Source of the DNA: an uncultured delta proteobacterium
Lineage (GTDB): Bacteria; Myxococcota; Myxococcia; SLRQ01
Direction: 5' to 3'
Assembly (NCBI GenBank): GCA_963727485.1
Contig: CAVSGM010000001.1
Location: 480,001 to 544,000, forward strand
DNA length: 64,000 nt
How positions within the stretch are numbered: position 1 is the stretch's first letter; every line of letters begins with the position of its first letter. Both the position numbers and the translations under genes were made by a program. The notes below the pieces were generated by a model that was not told the DNA's origin, did not search any database, and saw nothing but the letters and a program-made list of their open reading frames with translations. Shown here in pieces: positions 50,214 to 60,374 of the stretch.

Positions 50214-51695
50214 ATGACGTCGTCCACCGAACCCACCTGGCCGCGGCGGATCGCCTGGGCGGCGCTGCTCTCCGTGCCCCCGGTGGCGAGCCTGGCCGTC
50301 GGCGCGCCCATCGGCCTCCGCGCCCCCGTCGGCACCGGGGCGGACTCGGTGGTGCAGCTGCTGTGGCTCCTGGGCCGGCTCTGGGTCCTCGGCTTCCTCT
50401 TCGCCGTGTTCACCGGGTTCCGGGCGGACGAGCTCGGGGCGTGGCTGCGCTTCTGGATCCGCGTGAGCCTGGTCGCCGGCGCCGTGAGCGCGGCCCTGGC
50501 GATCCTGGTCGTCGCGGGCGGCTACCTCACCCGGCCCGAGGACCTCCTGGTCCTGGTCCCCCTGGCCCTCACGGTCTACGTCTGCGTGCGCGTCTTCCGT
50601 CGGTTCAACACGTCTCGCGCCGGCGCCGGGGAAGTGGTGCGGCTCAACCGGCGCTACTTCGCCACCGCCACCGCCGCCGCCCAGCACGCCCAGGCCAGAG
50701 GCGGGGGATCGGCCCGCGCCTGGATCCGTGCCCTCATCCTCTGGGGCGTGATCTTCGGGGCGGTCGTGGGCCTGCAGTACCTCCCCTCCGGGACGTGGCC
50801 GAGCCTGCCGCCCCTCGATGGGGTCGGGGGGCTGGTGCTCCTCTACCTCGGCTTCGCCCTCTTCCTGGTCCTGATCTACGCCGGCTACCGCCTCGGCCCC
50901 CGGCGCCGGTGGGAGCAGCGGGTCGCCGAGGCCTTCCTGGCCCCCGACGCCAGCGCCGTGGTCGAGCTGATGGTCTCGGTGACGCAGCGTCGCTCGCCCA
51001 ACGCACCCGACCTCGACGCCTCCCTCGCCGCCCACCGGGCCCTCGACCACGGCCTCTACGGTGAGATCGCGGCGGCCCGGGCGGCCCTCGACGCCATCGA
51101 CTGGGAGCGGCGGGCCCCCGCCGTCCAGGCGCAGGGCCTCCTCGGCGAGGCGCAGCTCGCGCTGCTGTGCACCGGCGACGCGGCCCGGGGGCTGGCGCTG
51201 GCCCGGCGTGCCGACGCGCTCCGGCAGTCGACCCAACTCCTGGCCCGCTGGGTCCACGCGCGAGGGCTGATCCCCGCCCTCGTCGGCCTCGGCGAGGTCC
51301 TCTGCGGCGAGGCCGACGACGGGACCCTGGACCGCCTGCGCCGCCTCTCGAAGAAGGGGCTCGGCCAGGGGACCCGGTCCGTCGCCGCCCGCGCCCTCTA
51401 CCTGCCGTACGACGCGGCGGGTGACCGGGCCGCGGCGGCGGCGATGCGCCAGCGCCTCGAGCGGACGATGCCCCACTGCGCCCCGCTGCTCGCGGAGCCC
51501 GGCGGGCCCCCGGCGGTTGCCGAGTGGGCCCGGGACCCCGGCGAGCCGAGCCGCGCGGTGCTGGCCAACGCCTGGGTCGCGCCGGAGGCGGCCCCGGGCG
51601 CGCGCTCCGGCGCGGCGCGGTCGATGCGGACCGTCGTGTTCTGGGCCCTCCTGGCCATCATGTTCCTCACCTTCTTCCAGCTGCTGCAGCGCTGA
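50214..51695 (+). CDS. Uncharacterised membrane protein, paralog B, with extra N-terminal TM module
   Basis: About six N-terminal TMs, shared helical domain, C-terminal TM VVFWALLAIMFLTFFQLL. Confidence 0.75.
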   Translation: MTSSTEPTWPRRIAWAALLSVPPVASLAVGAPIGLRAPVGTGADSVVQLLWLLGRLWVLGFLFAVFTGFRADELGAWLRFWIRVSLVAGAVSAALAILVVAGGYLTRPEDLLVLVPLALTVYVCVRVFRRFNTSRAGAGEVVRLNRRYFATATAAAQHAQARGGGSARAWIRALILWGVIFGAVVGLQYLPSGTWPSLPPLDGVGGLVLLYLGFALFLVLIYAGYRLGPRRRWEQRVAEAFLAPDASAVVELMVSVTQRRSPNAPDLDASLAAHRALDHGLYGEIAAARAALDAIDWERRAPAVQAQGLLGEAQLALLCTGDAARGLALARRADALRQSTQLLARWVHARGLIPALVGLGEVLCGEADDGTLDRLRRLSKKGLGQGTRSVAARALYLPYDAAGDRAAAAAMRQRLERTMPHCAPLLAEPGGPPAVAEWARDPGEPSRAVLANAWVAPEAAPGARSGAARSMRTVVFWALLAIMFLTFFQLLQR

Positions 51696-51777
51696 GCGCC
51701 CTCCGGGCCCGGCCCGGCCGCAATTCGTGCACAGACGCTTTCCCCCGGCGCCGCGGGGCGTTATGTTCCGCCGCCCG

Positions 51778-53520
51778 ATGGCTTCCCACCCGGCCGACCC
51801 GAAGCTCGCACCTCATTACCGTGGCTTCCGCGAGGGCTACCTGCGCTGGGACGACCTCACCGCCCAGGTGCAGGCCTGGGCCGACGCCTTCCCCGAGCTG
51901 GTCCGCCTCGAGACCATCGGCGAGAGCGGCGAGGGCCGGCCCCTGTGGCTTCTGACCCTGGGCCAGGGCCCCGACGACGGCCGCCCGGCGGTGTGGGTCG
52001 ACGGGAACCTCCACGCCATGGAGCTCGCCGGCTCCAGCGTGGCGCTGGGCATCGCCGAGGACGTGCTGCGCCTCCACCTCGCCCCCGAGGCGACCCTCCA
52101 CGGCCTCCCGGCCCACGTCCTCGAGGGCCTGCGCCAGGTGGTCTTCCACGTGCTGCCGCGGGTGAGCCCCGACGGCGCCGAGGCGGTGCTCGAGACCGGG
52201 CGCTACGTGCGCTCGGTGCCCCGGGACAACCGCCCCGACACCCGCAAGCCCCGGTGGATCCCCGGTGATATCGACGGCGACGGCCTGTCGCTGAAGATGC
52301 GCCTCGAGGACCCGAGCGGGCCGCTGGTCGAGTCCCAGGAGCTGCCCGGGGTCCTCGTCGCCCGCACCCTCGACGACCCGCCGCCCTACTACAGCGTGTA
52401 CCCGGAGGGGACCATCGAGGGCTACGACGGCCACACCCTCCCCGACCCGGGCTACCTCTCCGACAACTTCCCCGACCTCAACCGCAACTTCCCCCACGCC
52501 TGGCGGGGCGAGCCGGACCAGCGGGGCGCCGGCCTCTTCCCGGCGAGCGAGCCCGAGAGCCGGGCCATCGTCGAGTTCGCCACCGCCCACCCCAACCTCT
52601 TCGCCTGGCTGAACCTCCACACCTTCGGGGGCGTGTACATCCGGCCGCTGGGCCACGGGCCCGACACCAAGATGGACCGGAACGATCTCGCCGTGTACCG
52701 GCAGATCGAGGCCTGGGCGAAGGAGCACACCCAGTACCCCATGGTCAGCGGCTACGAGGAGTTCACCTACGAGCCCGACAAGCCCCTCTACGGCGACATC
52801 ATCGACTTCGCCTTCCACGAGCGCGCCTGTGTGGGCATGGCCTGCGAGCTGTGGAACCTCTTCGACGAGCTCAAGATCGAGCGCACCAAGCGCTTCGTCG
52901 ACCGCTACGGGACGGTCACCGCCGCCGACATGGTGCGCTTCGCCCGCTTCGACGCCGAGCACAACGCCGGCCGCATCTTCCGCCCCTGGAAGAAGGTGAT
53001 GCACCCCCAGCTCGGCGAGGTGGAGGTCGGCGGGCTCGACCCGCGCATCGGCATGTGGAACCCGCCGCTGGAGCGCCTCGCCGAGGTCTGCGCCGGGCAG
53101 GCGGCGGTGTGGCTGCGGGTGGCGGCGCTGGCCCCGCGCCTGGCGCTCACCGAGGTCCGGCGCACCGAGCTCGGGCGCGGGCTGTGCCGTCTCGAGGTCA
53201 CCTGCCAGAACCAGGGCTACCTGCCCACCTACGTGGTGGGCGAGGCCAAGGACCTGCCGTGGAACGCCCCGGTCACCGCGCGCCTGGTCCTCGGGGACGG
53301 GCTCGAGCTGGCCAGTGGCGGGCCCACCCAGTCGCTGGGGCACCTCGACGGCTGGGGGCGCGGCCTCCACGGTCCCGAGAGCGAGCTGGTCGCCGAGCCC
53401 GCCCGGGGCAGCACCTCCCGGGGCACGGCCGGGTGGACGATCACGGGACGGGGGAAGGCCACCCTGGAGGTGGGCACCTGCCGCACCGGCTTCCTCCGGC
53501 GCGAGCTCGACATCGGATGA
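51778..53520 (+). CDS. M14 zinc carboxypeptidase
   Basis: GNLHAME (HxxE), DLNRNFP, SEPE, NLHTFGG. Confidence 0.9.
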   Translation: MASHPADPKLAPHYRGFREGYLRWDDLTAQVQAWADAFPELVRLETIGESGEGRPLWLLTLGQGPDDGRPAVWVDGNLHAMELAGSSVALGIAEDVLRLHLAPEATLHGLPAHVLEGLRQVVFHVLPRVSPDGAEAVLETGRYVRSVPRDNRPDTRKPRWIPGDIDGDGLSLKMRLEDPSGPLVESQELPGVLVARTLDDPPPYYSVYPEGTIEGYDGHTLPDPGYLSDNFPDLNRNFPHAWRGEPDQRGAGLFPASEPESRAIVEFATAHPNLFAWLNLHTFGGVYIRPLGHGPDTKMDRNDLAVYRQIEAWAKEHTQYPMVSGYEEFTYEPDKPLYGDIIDFAFHERACVGMACELWNLFDELKIERTKRFVDRYGTVTAADMVRFARFDAEHNAGRIFRPWKKVMHPQLGEVEVGGLDPRIGMWNPPLERLAEVCAGQAAVWLRVAALAPRLALTEVRRTELGRGLCRLEVTCQNQGYLPTYVVGEAKDLPWNAPVTARLVLGDGLELASGGPTQSLGHLDGWGRGLHGPESELVAEPARGSTSRGTAGWTITGRGKATLEVGTCRTGFLRRELDIG

Positions 53521-53570
53521 CCGCGCCCCCGCGTGGTTGAGCCAGCACAACCAAGGACTACCGTCTCGCC

Positions 53571-56415
53571 ATGGCCGACTCCCAAGTCATCGATTCTGAA
53601 GGCCCGCCTCGCCGCGGGTCAGGCCGCCGCCGACGATCCCCTCTCCGGCCTCTCCGCCGCCAACCGCGCCTGGATCGAGGACCTCTACGCCTCGTGGCTG
53701 GAGAGCCCCAGCAGCGTCTCCCGGAGCTGGGCCGAGCTCTTCGCGCAGCTCGGCGACGGGCTGGCCACCAGCGCCGAGGCCATCCGCGGCCCCGAGCCCG
53801 ACACCCGGTCCATCTTCGCCGCCGGCGCCCCCGAGCCCGTCACCGGCGACGCCGCGCACATCCGCAAGAACGCCTCGGTCCTCGACCTCATCACCGCCTA
53901 CCGGCGCAACGGCCACCTGGTGGCGACCCTCGATCCCCTGGGTCTCCACCAGCGCCCCCTGCCCCCGGAGCTCACCCTCCAGTACTGGGGGCTGACCGAG
54001 GACGACCTCGACACCGTCTTCGAGACCGGCCGCCTCGCCGGCCCGGCCCACGCCACCCTCCGGGACATCATCGACCGCTGCCAGGCCATCTACACCGGCA
54101 CCTTCGCCGCGGAGTTCATGTACATCCGCGACGAGGAGCGCCGCCGGTGGATCGAGCGGCGCATCGAGGAGAGCGGCGCCCGCATCGCCCTCGACCGCCC
54201 CACCGGGCTGCGGGTCCTGGACAAGCTCACCGCCGCCGACCACTTCGAGAGCTTCGTCCACACCAAGTACCTCGGGGCCAAGCGCTTCTCGGTGGAGGGC
54301 GCCGAGGCGCTGATCCCGCTCCTCGACCTCATGGTCTCCACCGCCGGCGACATGGGCGTCGGCGAGATCGTCATCGGCATGGCCCACCGGGGCCGCCTCA
54401 ACGTCCTCGCCAACCTCCTCGGCAAGGCGAGCCAGGACATCTTCGAGGAGTTCGAGGACCACTTCCCCCGCCCGGCGCAGATGGGCGGCGGCGACGTGAA
54501 GTACCACCTCGGCTACTCCTCGGACGTGGAGACCCCGGACGGCAAGAAGCTCCACCTCCGGCTGGCCTTCAACCCCAGCCACCTGGAGTTCGTGAACCCG
54601 GTGGTCGAGGGGATGGTCCGGGGCAAGCAGGACCACTTCGGCGACACCGCCCGCCACCGCACGGTGCCGGTCCTGATCCACGGTGACGCCGCGGTCATCG
54701 GCCAGGGGGTGGTCTCCGAGACCCTCAACCTCGCCGGGCTGCCGGGCTACGACGCCGGGGGCACCATCCACATCGTGGTGAACAACCAGATCGGGTTCAC
54801 CACCACCCCCGACGAGGGGCGGACCCCGGCCCACTGCACCGACGGGATGAAGGTCATCCTCCCCCCGGTCCTCCATGTCGACGCCGACGACTTCGGCGCC
54901 GTGGCCTTCGCGGCGCGCCTCGCCGCCGAGTACCGGCAGACCTTCCACAAGGACTTCGTCATCGATCTGGTGTGCTACCGGAAGTACGGGCACAACGAGG
55001 GTGACGAGCCGGCGTTCACCCAGCCCCTGATGTACCAGGCCATCCGCGCGCGGAAGACGCCGCTGAAGCGCTTCATCGACCGGTACACCGCCGAGGGCGT
55101 GCTCACCGACGACGACGTCGCCGACGCCGACGCCCGGGTGCGCACCCAGCTGGAGACGGCGCTGCGCCGGGCCCGGGCCAAGGACCGGGGGGCCAAGGAG
55201 CTCGCCGGCCTCTGGAAGGGCCTGCGCTCGGGCACCGACCCCACCGCGTCCGACTACCCCACCGAGGTGGAGGCGCCGGTGCTCCAGGAGATCGCCCGGC
55301 ACCTGGCCACGGCACCCGAGGGGATGGAGGTCCACCCCAAGGTCCAGCGCATCCTCGACTACCGGGCCGAGCTCGCCGAGGGCAAGGCCAGGGTCGACTG
55401 GTCCATGGGCGAGTCGCTGGCCTACGGCTCGCTCCTGCGCGAGGGGTACCCGGTGCGGCTGGCCGGCCAGGACTCCGGCCGCGGCACCTTCAGCCACCGC
55501 CACGCGGTCATCTACGACCAGAAGACCGGCGAGGCCTACCTCGCCCTCAAGCACCTCACCCGCTCCCAGGCCCAGATCGACGTGATCAACTCGCCGCTCT
55601 CCGAGGTGGCGGCGCTGGGCTTCGAGTACGGCTACACCTTGAGCCGCCCCGAGGCCCTGGTGATCTGGGAGGCGCAGTTCGGCGACTTCGCCAACGGGGC
55701 CCAGGTGATCATCGACCAGTTCATCTCCAGCTCCGAGGCCAAGTGGAACCGCCACACCGGCGTGGTCCTCTTCCTGCCCCACGGCTACGAGGGCATGGGC
55801 CCCGAGCACTCCTCGGCGCGCATCGAGCGCTTCCTCCAGCTCTCCGCCGAGGACAACTGGCGGGTCCTGAACCCCAGCACCCCGGCCCAGGTGTTCCATG
55901 CCCTGCGCAGCCAGCTCCACCGGAACTACCGCAAGCCCCTGGTGGTGTTCACGCCCAAGAGCCTGCTGCGGCTCGCCGACAGCTTCGCGGGCCTCGACGA
56001 GCTGGTGCACGGGTCGCTCAAGCCGGTCATCGACGACGCCGCCGCCGACCCCGAGACGGTCAAGCGGGTGGTGCTGTGCAGCGGCAAGGTCTACTACGAC
56101 CTGATGTCGCACCTGAAGGCGCACCCGGCGCCGGTGGCCGTGGTCCGGGTGGAGCAGCTCTACCCCTTCGACGCCGAGGAGGCCCAGGCGGTGATCCACC
56201 GCTACCCCCACGCGCGGGAGGTGGTGTGGTGCCAGGAGGAGCCCGCCAACATGGGCGCCTGGCTCCACCTCGAGCCGCTGTTGCGGCAGATCACCCAGCT
56301 GCCCATCCTCTACGCGGGGCGGGTCCGGGCGGCGAGCCCGGCGACGGGATCGAAGTTCCTCCACGACCAGGAGCAGGAAGCGCTGATCCGGTCGGCTACG
56401 AACATCCAGGGTTGA
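53571..56415 (+). CDS. sucA: 2-oxoglutarate dehydrogenase E1 (frameshift at ~53594)
   Basis: KRFSVEG, GMAHRGRLN, GDVKYHLG, HGDAA, WEAQFGDF, GPEHSSAR; GATTC->GATC joins ATG 53571 (MADSQVIDLKARL). Confidence 0.96.
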
Positions 56416-56417
56416 AC

Positions 56418-56437
56418 GGCGCCGCACCCGCGGCGCC
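56418..56437. other. Perfect 8-bp GC hairpin between sucA and sucB, no U-tract
   Basis: GGCGCCGC-ACCC-GCGGCGCC. Confidence 0.5.
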
Positions 56438-56458
56438 TGGGACGGTCAGGGAGAGATC

Positions 56459-57861
56459 ATGCTCGTGGACATCGTCATCCCGGGTCTCGGTGAGTCCATC
56501 ACCGAAGGCACGGTGACCGACTGGCAGGTGCAGGTGGGCGAGAAGGTGGACGAGGACCAGCCGCTGGTCCAGATCGACACCGACAAGGTCTCCGTGGACA
56601 TCCCGGCGCCCGCCGGCGGGGTGCTCAAGGAGATCCTGGTCGAGGGGGGGCAGGACGTGGAGGTCGGGGCGGTCATCGGCCGCATCGACACCGAGGCCAG
56701 CGCCTCGGCCGGTGCCGGCAACGGGGCGGCCAAGGCGAAGGCGCCCGCGAAGCCCGCCGAGGCCGCGAAGCCCGCCGAGGCCGCCAAGCCCGCCGAGGCC
56801 GCCAAGCCGCCAAGCCCGCCGAGGCCGCCAAGCCCGCCGAGGCCGCCAAGCCCGCCGAGGCCGCCAAGCCCGCCGAGGCCGCCAAGCCCGCCGAGGCCAA
56901 GCCGGCCGCAGGCGCCCCGGGCGGGGACCGGTCCGCCGCCGACGTCCTCTCGCCCGCGGTGCGCCGCCTGGTGGAGGAGCACGACCTCGACCCGGCGAAG
57001 CTCGAGGGCACCGGGCCCCACGGCCGCCTCCTCAAGGAGGACGTCCTCCGGGTGGTCGGAGGCACCGGGGCACAGGGCCAGGCGAAGGCCGAGGCCAGGC
57101 GCGAGGCCCCGAAGCCCGCCGCGCCCCCGAAGGCGCCGGCCCCCGCCCGGGCCCCGGGCGCCCGGGGCGTCCGCCGGGTGAAGATGACCCGCCTGCGCCG
57201 CCGCATCGCCGAGCGCCTCAAGGAGGTCCAGAACACCGCGGCCATCCTCACCACCTTCAACGAGGTGGACATGACCGAGGTCTTCGCCCTGCGAAGGCAG
57301 TACGGCGAGCGGTTCCAGAAGGCCCACGGGGTGAAGCTCGGGTTCATGAGCTTCTTCGTGAAGGCGGCCATCGAGGCGCTGAAGGCCTACCCGGCGGTCA
57401 ACGGCTACATCGACGGCGACGACGTCGTCTACCACGACTACTACGACATCGGCGTGGCGGTGAGCAGCGAGCGGGGCCTGGTGGTCCCGGTGCTGCGCGG
57501 CGCCGAGCACCTGTCGATGGCCGAGGTGGAGACCGGCATCCACGCGCTCTCCTCCGCCGCCCGGGACGGGAGCCTCACCCTGGAGCAGCTCTCCGGGGGC
57601 ACCTTCAGCATCACCAACGGCGGCGTCTTCGGCTCCATGCTCTCGACCCCCATCCTCAACCCGCCCCAGAGCGCCATCCTGGGGATGCACGCCATCAACG
57701 AGCGGCCGGTGGCGATCGACGGTGAGGTGGTGATCCGGCCGATGATGTACCTCGCCCTGTCCTATGATCATCGGATCGTCGACGGCGCCCAGGCGGTGCG
57801 CTTCCTGGTGAAGGTCAAGGAAGTGCTCGAGGACCCGACGCGACTGCTCCTGGAGGTGTGA
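56459..57861 (+). CDS. sucB: Dihydrolipoamide succinyltransferase E2 (frameshift in linker repeat)
   Basis: Lipoyl GESITEG...TDKV; SPAVRRL binding domain; [18 protein letters not shown]. Confidence 0.95.
56750..56898 (+). repeat. 18-bp tandem repeat AAGCCCGCCGAGGCCGCC (KPAEAA)
   Basis: 7 full units, one 8-nt truncated unit at 56804-56811, one 15-nt terminal unit. Confidence 0.95.
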
Positions 57862-57862
57862 G

Positions 57863-59269
57863 GTGGCGGAGAACGACTTCGACGTGGTCGTCATCGGTGG
57901 CGGCCCGGGTGGCTACGTCTGCGCCATCCGCTGCGCCCAGCTGGGCCTCAAGACCGCCTGTGTCGACGACCGGCCGGAGCTCGGGGGCACCTGCCTCAAC
58001 GTGGGCTGCATCCCCTCCAAGGCGCTCCTCGAGTCCTCGGAGATCTACCACCAGGCCCAAGGGGTCTTCGCCCGCCACGGGGTGAAGGTCACCGCCGAGC
58101 TCGACCTGCCCACGATGATGGCCCGCAAGGACAAGATCGTCGCGGCCCTCACCCGGGGAGTGGCGGGCCTGTTCAAGAAGAACGGGATCACCCGCCTCCA
58201 GGGCCGCGGTCGGTTCAAGACCGCCCACGAGATCGAGGTCGTGGAGGCCGGCGCCTCCGAGCCCTCGCAGACGGTCACCGCCCGGCAGGTGGTGGTCGCC
58301 ACCGGCTCCGAGCCCGCGAGCCTCCGGGGCGTCGCGTTCGACGGCGACAAGGTGTTCACCAGCACCGAGGCGCTGTCCCTCTCCGCGCCGCCCAAGCACC
58401 TGGCGGTCATCGGCGCCGGGGTCATCGGCCTGGAGATGGGCTCGGTGTGGCGGCGCCTGGGCTCACGGGTCACCGTCCTCGAGTACCTCGACCGGGCGCT
58501 CCCCGGCGCCGACCTCGAGGTGAGCAAGCAGGCGCGCACCAGCCTCGCCAAGCAGGGCCTCGCCTTCCACCTGGGGGTGGCGGTCACGGGCGCCGAGGTC
58601 AAGGGCGACACGGTGGTGGTCCGCTACCAGAAGGGCGACGCCCCCGAGGAGCTGGAGTGCGACGCGGTGCTGGTCGCCGTGGGCCGCCGCCCCTACACCG
58701 CGGGCCTGAACGCCGAGGCCGTGGGCCTCGCCCTCGACGACCGGGGCCGGGTCGAGGTGGACGCTTCGCTGAAGACCAACCTCGACGGCGTCTGGGCCAT
58801 CGGCGATGTCGTCACCGGCCCGATGCTCGCCCACAAGGCCGAGGACGAGGGCGTCGCCGTCGCCGAGCGCATCGCCGGGCTGCCGGGCCACGTGAACTAC
58901 GGCGCCATCCCCTTCGTGGTCTACACCGACCCCGAGGTCGCCTGGGTGGGCCAGACCGAGGAGCAGCTCAAGGACTCGGGCGTGCCCTACCGCGCCGGCA
59001 AGTTCCCCTTCATGGCCAACGGCCGGGCCAAGGCGCTGGAGTCCACCGAGGGCTTCGTGAAGATCCTGGCCCACGCCGAGACCGACCGGGTGCTGGGGGT
59101 CCACATCGTGGGCTTCAAGGCCGGCGAGCTCATCGCCGAGGCGACCCTGGGCCTGGAGCTCGGCGCCAGCGCCGAGGACATCGCCCGCACCAGCCACGCC
59201 CACCCGACCCTCACCGAGGTGTTCCGGGAGGCGGCGATGGCGGTGGACCAGCGGGCGATCCACATCTAG
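57863..59269 (+). CDS. lpdA: Dihydrolipoamide dehydrogenase E3
   Basis: GGGPGG, GGTCLNVGCIPSK, GAGVIGLE, HAHPTLTE. Confidence 0.97.
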   Translation: MAENDFDVVVIGGGPGGYVCAIRCAQLGLKTACVDDRPELGGTCLNVGCIPSKALLESSEIYHQAQGVFARHGVKVTAELDLPTMMARKDKIVAALTRGVAGLFKKNGITRLQGRGRFKTAHEIEVVEAGASEPSQTVTARQVVVATGSEPASLRGVAFDGDKVFTSTEALSLSAPPKHLAVIGAGVIGLEMGSVWRRLGSRVTVLEYLDRALPGADLEVSKQARTSLAKQGLAFHLGVAVTGAEVKGDTVVVRYQKGDAPEELECDAVLVAVGRRPYTAGLNAEAVGLALDDRGRVEVDASLKTNLDGVWAIGDVVTGPMLAHKAEDEGVAVAERIAGLPGHVNYGAIPFVVYTDPEVAWVGQTEEQLKDSGVPYRAGKFPFMANGRAKALESTEGFVKILAHAETDRVLGVHIVGFKAGELIAEATLGLELGASAEDIARTSHAHPTLTEVFREAAMAVDQRAIHI

Positions 59270-59299
59270 CCGGCGCCAGGGACGTGCCCGGGGGGCGCG

Positions 59300-60196
59300 T
59301 CAGACCGGCGGCGTCGCCGGCGGCTGCCAGGGCAGGGCGTCCAAGGGCACCACCGTGGCCCCGACGGCCCCTGGCCCGCCGTGGAGATAGATGCTGGGCG
59401 AGAGCGGGCGCGAGTAGAGGAAGGCCACGTCGAAGCGCTCGCGGAGCTGGTCGGCGAGGCGCCGGGCCTTGTCCGGGGCGTTGCCGTGGAAGATGCCCGC
59501 CCACACCCGGCGCTGCCGCCCCCCGATCGCCGCCGCGAGGTACGCGGCGAGGCGGACGGCGGGGTCGGCGGAGGCCGGGATCTTGCCCGCGGCCTTGAGC
59601 TCGCCGTCGTCGAAGGCGATGAGCGGTCGGATTTGGAAGAGGTTGGCGATGAAGGCGCGCAGGGCCGTGGCCCGCCCGCCCTTCACCAGGTAGTCGAGGG
59701 TCTCCACGGCGAAGGCCGCGCGGCTGGCCTCGCGATAGGCCGCCAGGAGCTCGGCGATCCGCGGCAGCGGCACCCCCGCGCGATCGGCCTCTCCGGCGAG
59801 GATCGTCGCCAGGCCCGCGCCGACGTCGGTGGTGCCGGTGTCGGCGACGGCGATCGCCACGTCGGCGTAGGACGCCTGATCGCCCAGGATCCGCGCCGCG
59901 GCCACGGCGGCGTCGTGGGATTGGATGAGCTTGCGGGAGGTCATCACCGCGAGGATTTGGCGATCCGTGGCGGCCAGGTCGCGGAACATCCCGGCGTACT
60001 CCGCCGCCGAGGTGCCGAGCACGTACGGGTGCTCCTGGGCGGTGCGCACCCAGGCGTCGATGGTCTCGAGGGCGACCCCGTCCCGGGTGTCGTGCTCGAC
60101 CCCGTCCACGACGATCTTCTGGGGGGTGAGGGCCACCCCGTAGCGGGCGACGATCTCGGGGGACAGGTTCGAGCCGGGGTTGGTGAGGATGCGCAC
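59300..60196 (-). CDS. DegV-family fatty-acid-binding protein
   Basis: VETLDYLVKGGR, IRPLI, LHGGPGAVG. Confidence 0.85.
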   Translation of the reverse strand: MRILTNPGSNLSPEIVARYGVALTPQKIVVDGVEHDTRDGVALETIDAWVRTAQEHPYVLGTSAAEYAGMFRDLAATDRQILAVMTSRKLIQSHDAAVAAARILGDQASYADVAIAVADTGTTDVGAGLATILAGEADRAGVPLPRIAELLAAYREASRAAFAVETLDYLVKGGRATALRAFIANLFQIRPLIAFDDGELKAAGKIPASADPAVRLAAYLAAAIGGRQRRVWAGIFHGNAPDKARRLADQLRERFDVAFLYSRPLSPSIYLHGGPGAVGATVVPLDALPWQPPATPPV

Positions 60197-60374
60197 GGAA
60201 TCGATGGTAGCAGCGCGTGCTGCCCGACGGCGAGGTGGGGTCTCCCCGTGGCCCTCCCCCCGTCCGGGTCGCCGGGGACCCGGGTCACGCCTTGGGACCC
60301 CGCCGGCGCGGACCCCGAGGCCCGTCGATCCGGGCCCTTGGCCCCTTGGCCCGGCGTGTGCAGCTGCCTGATGC

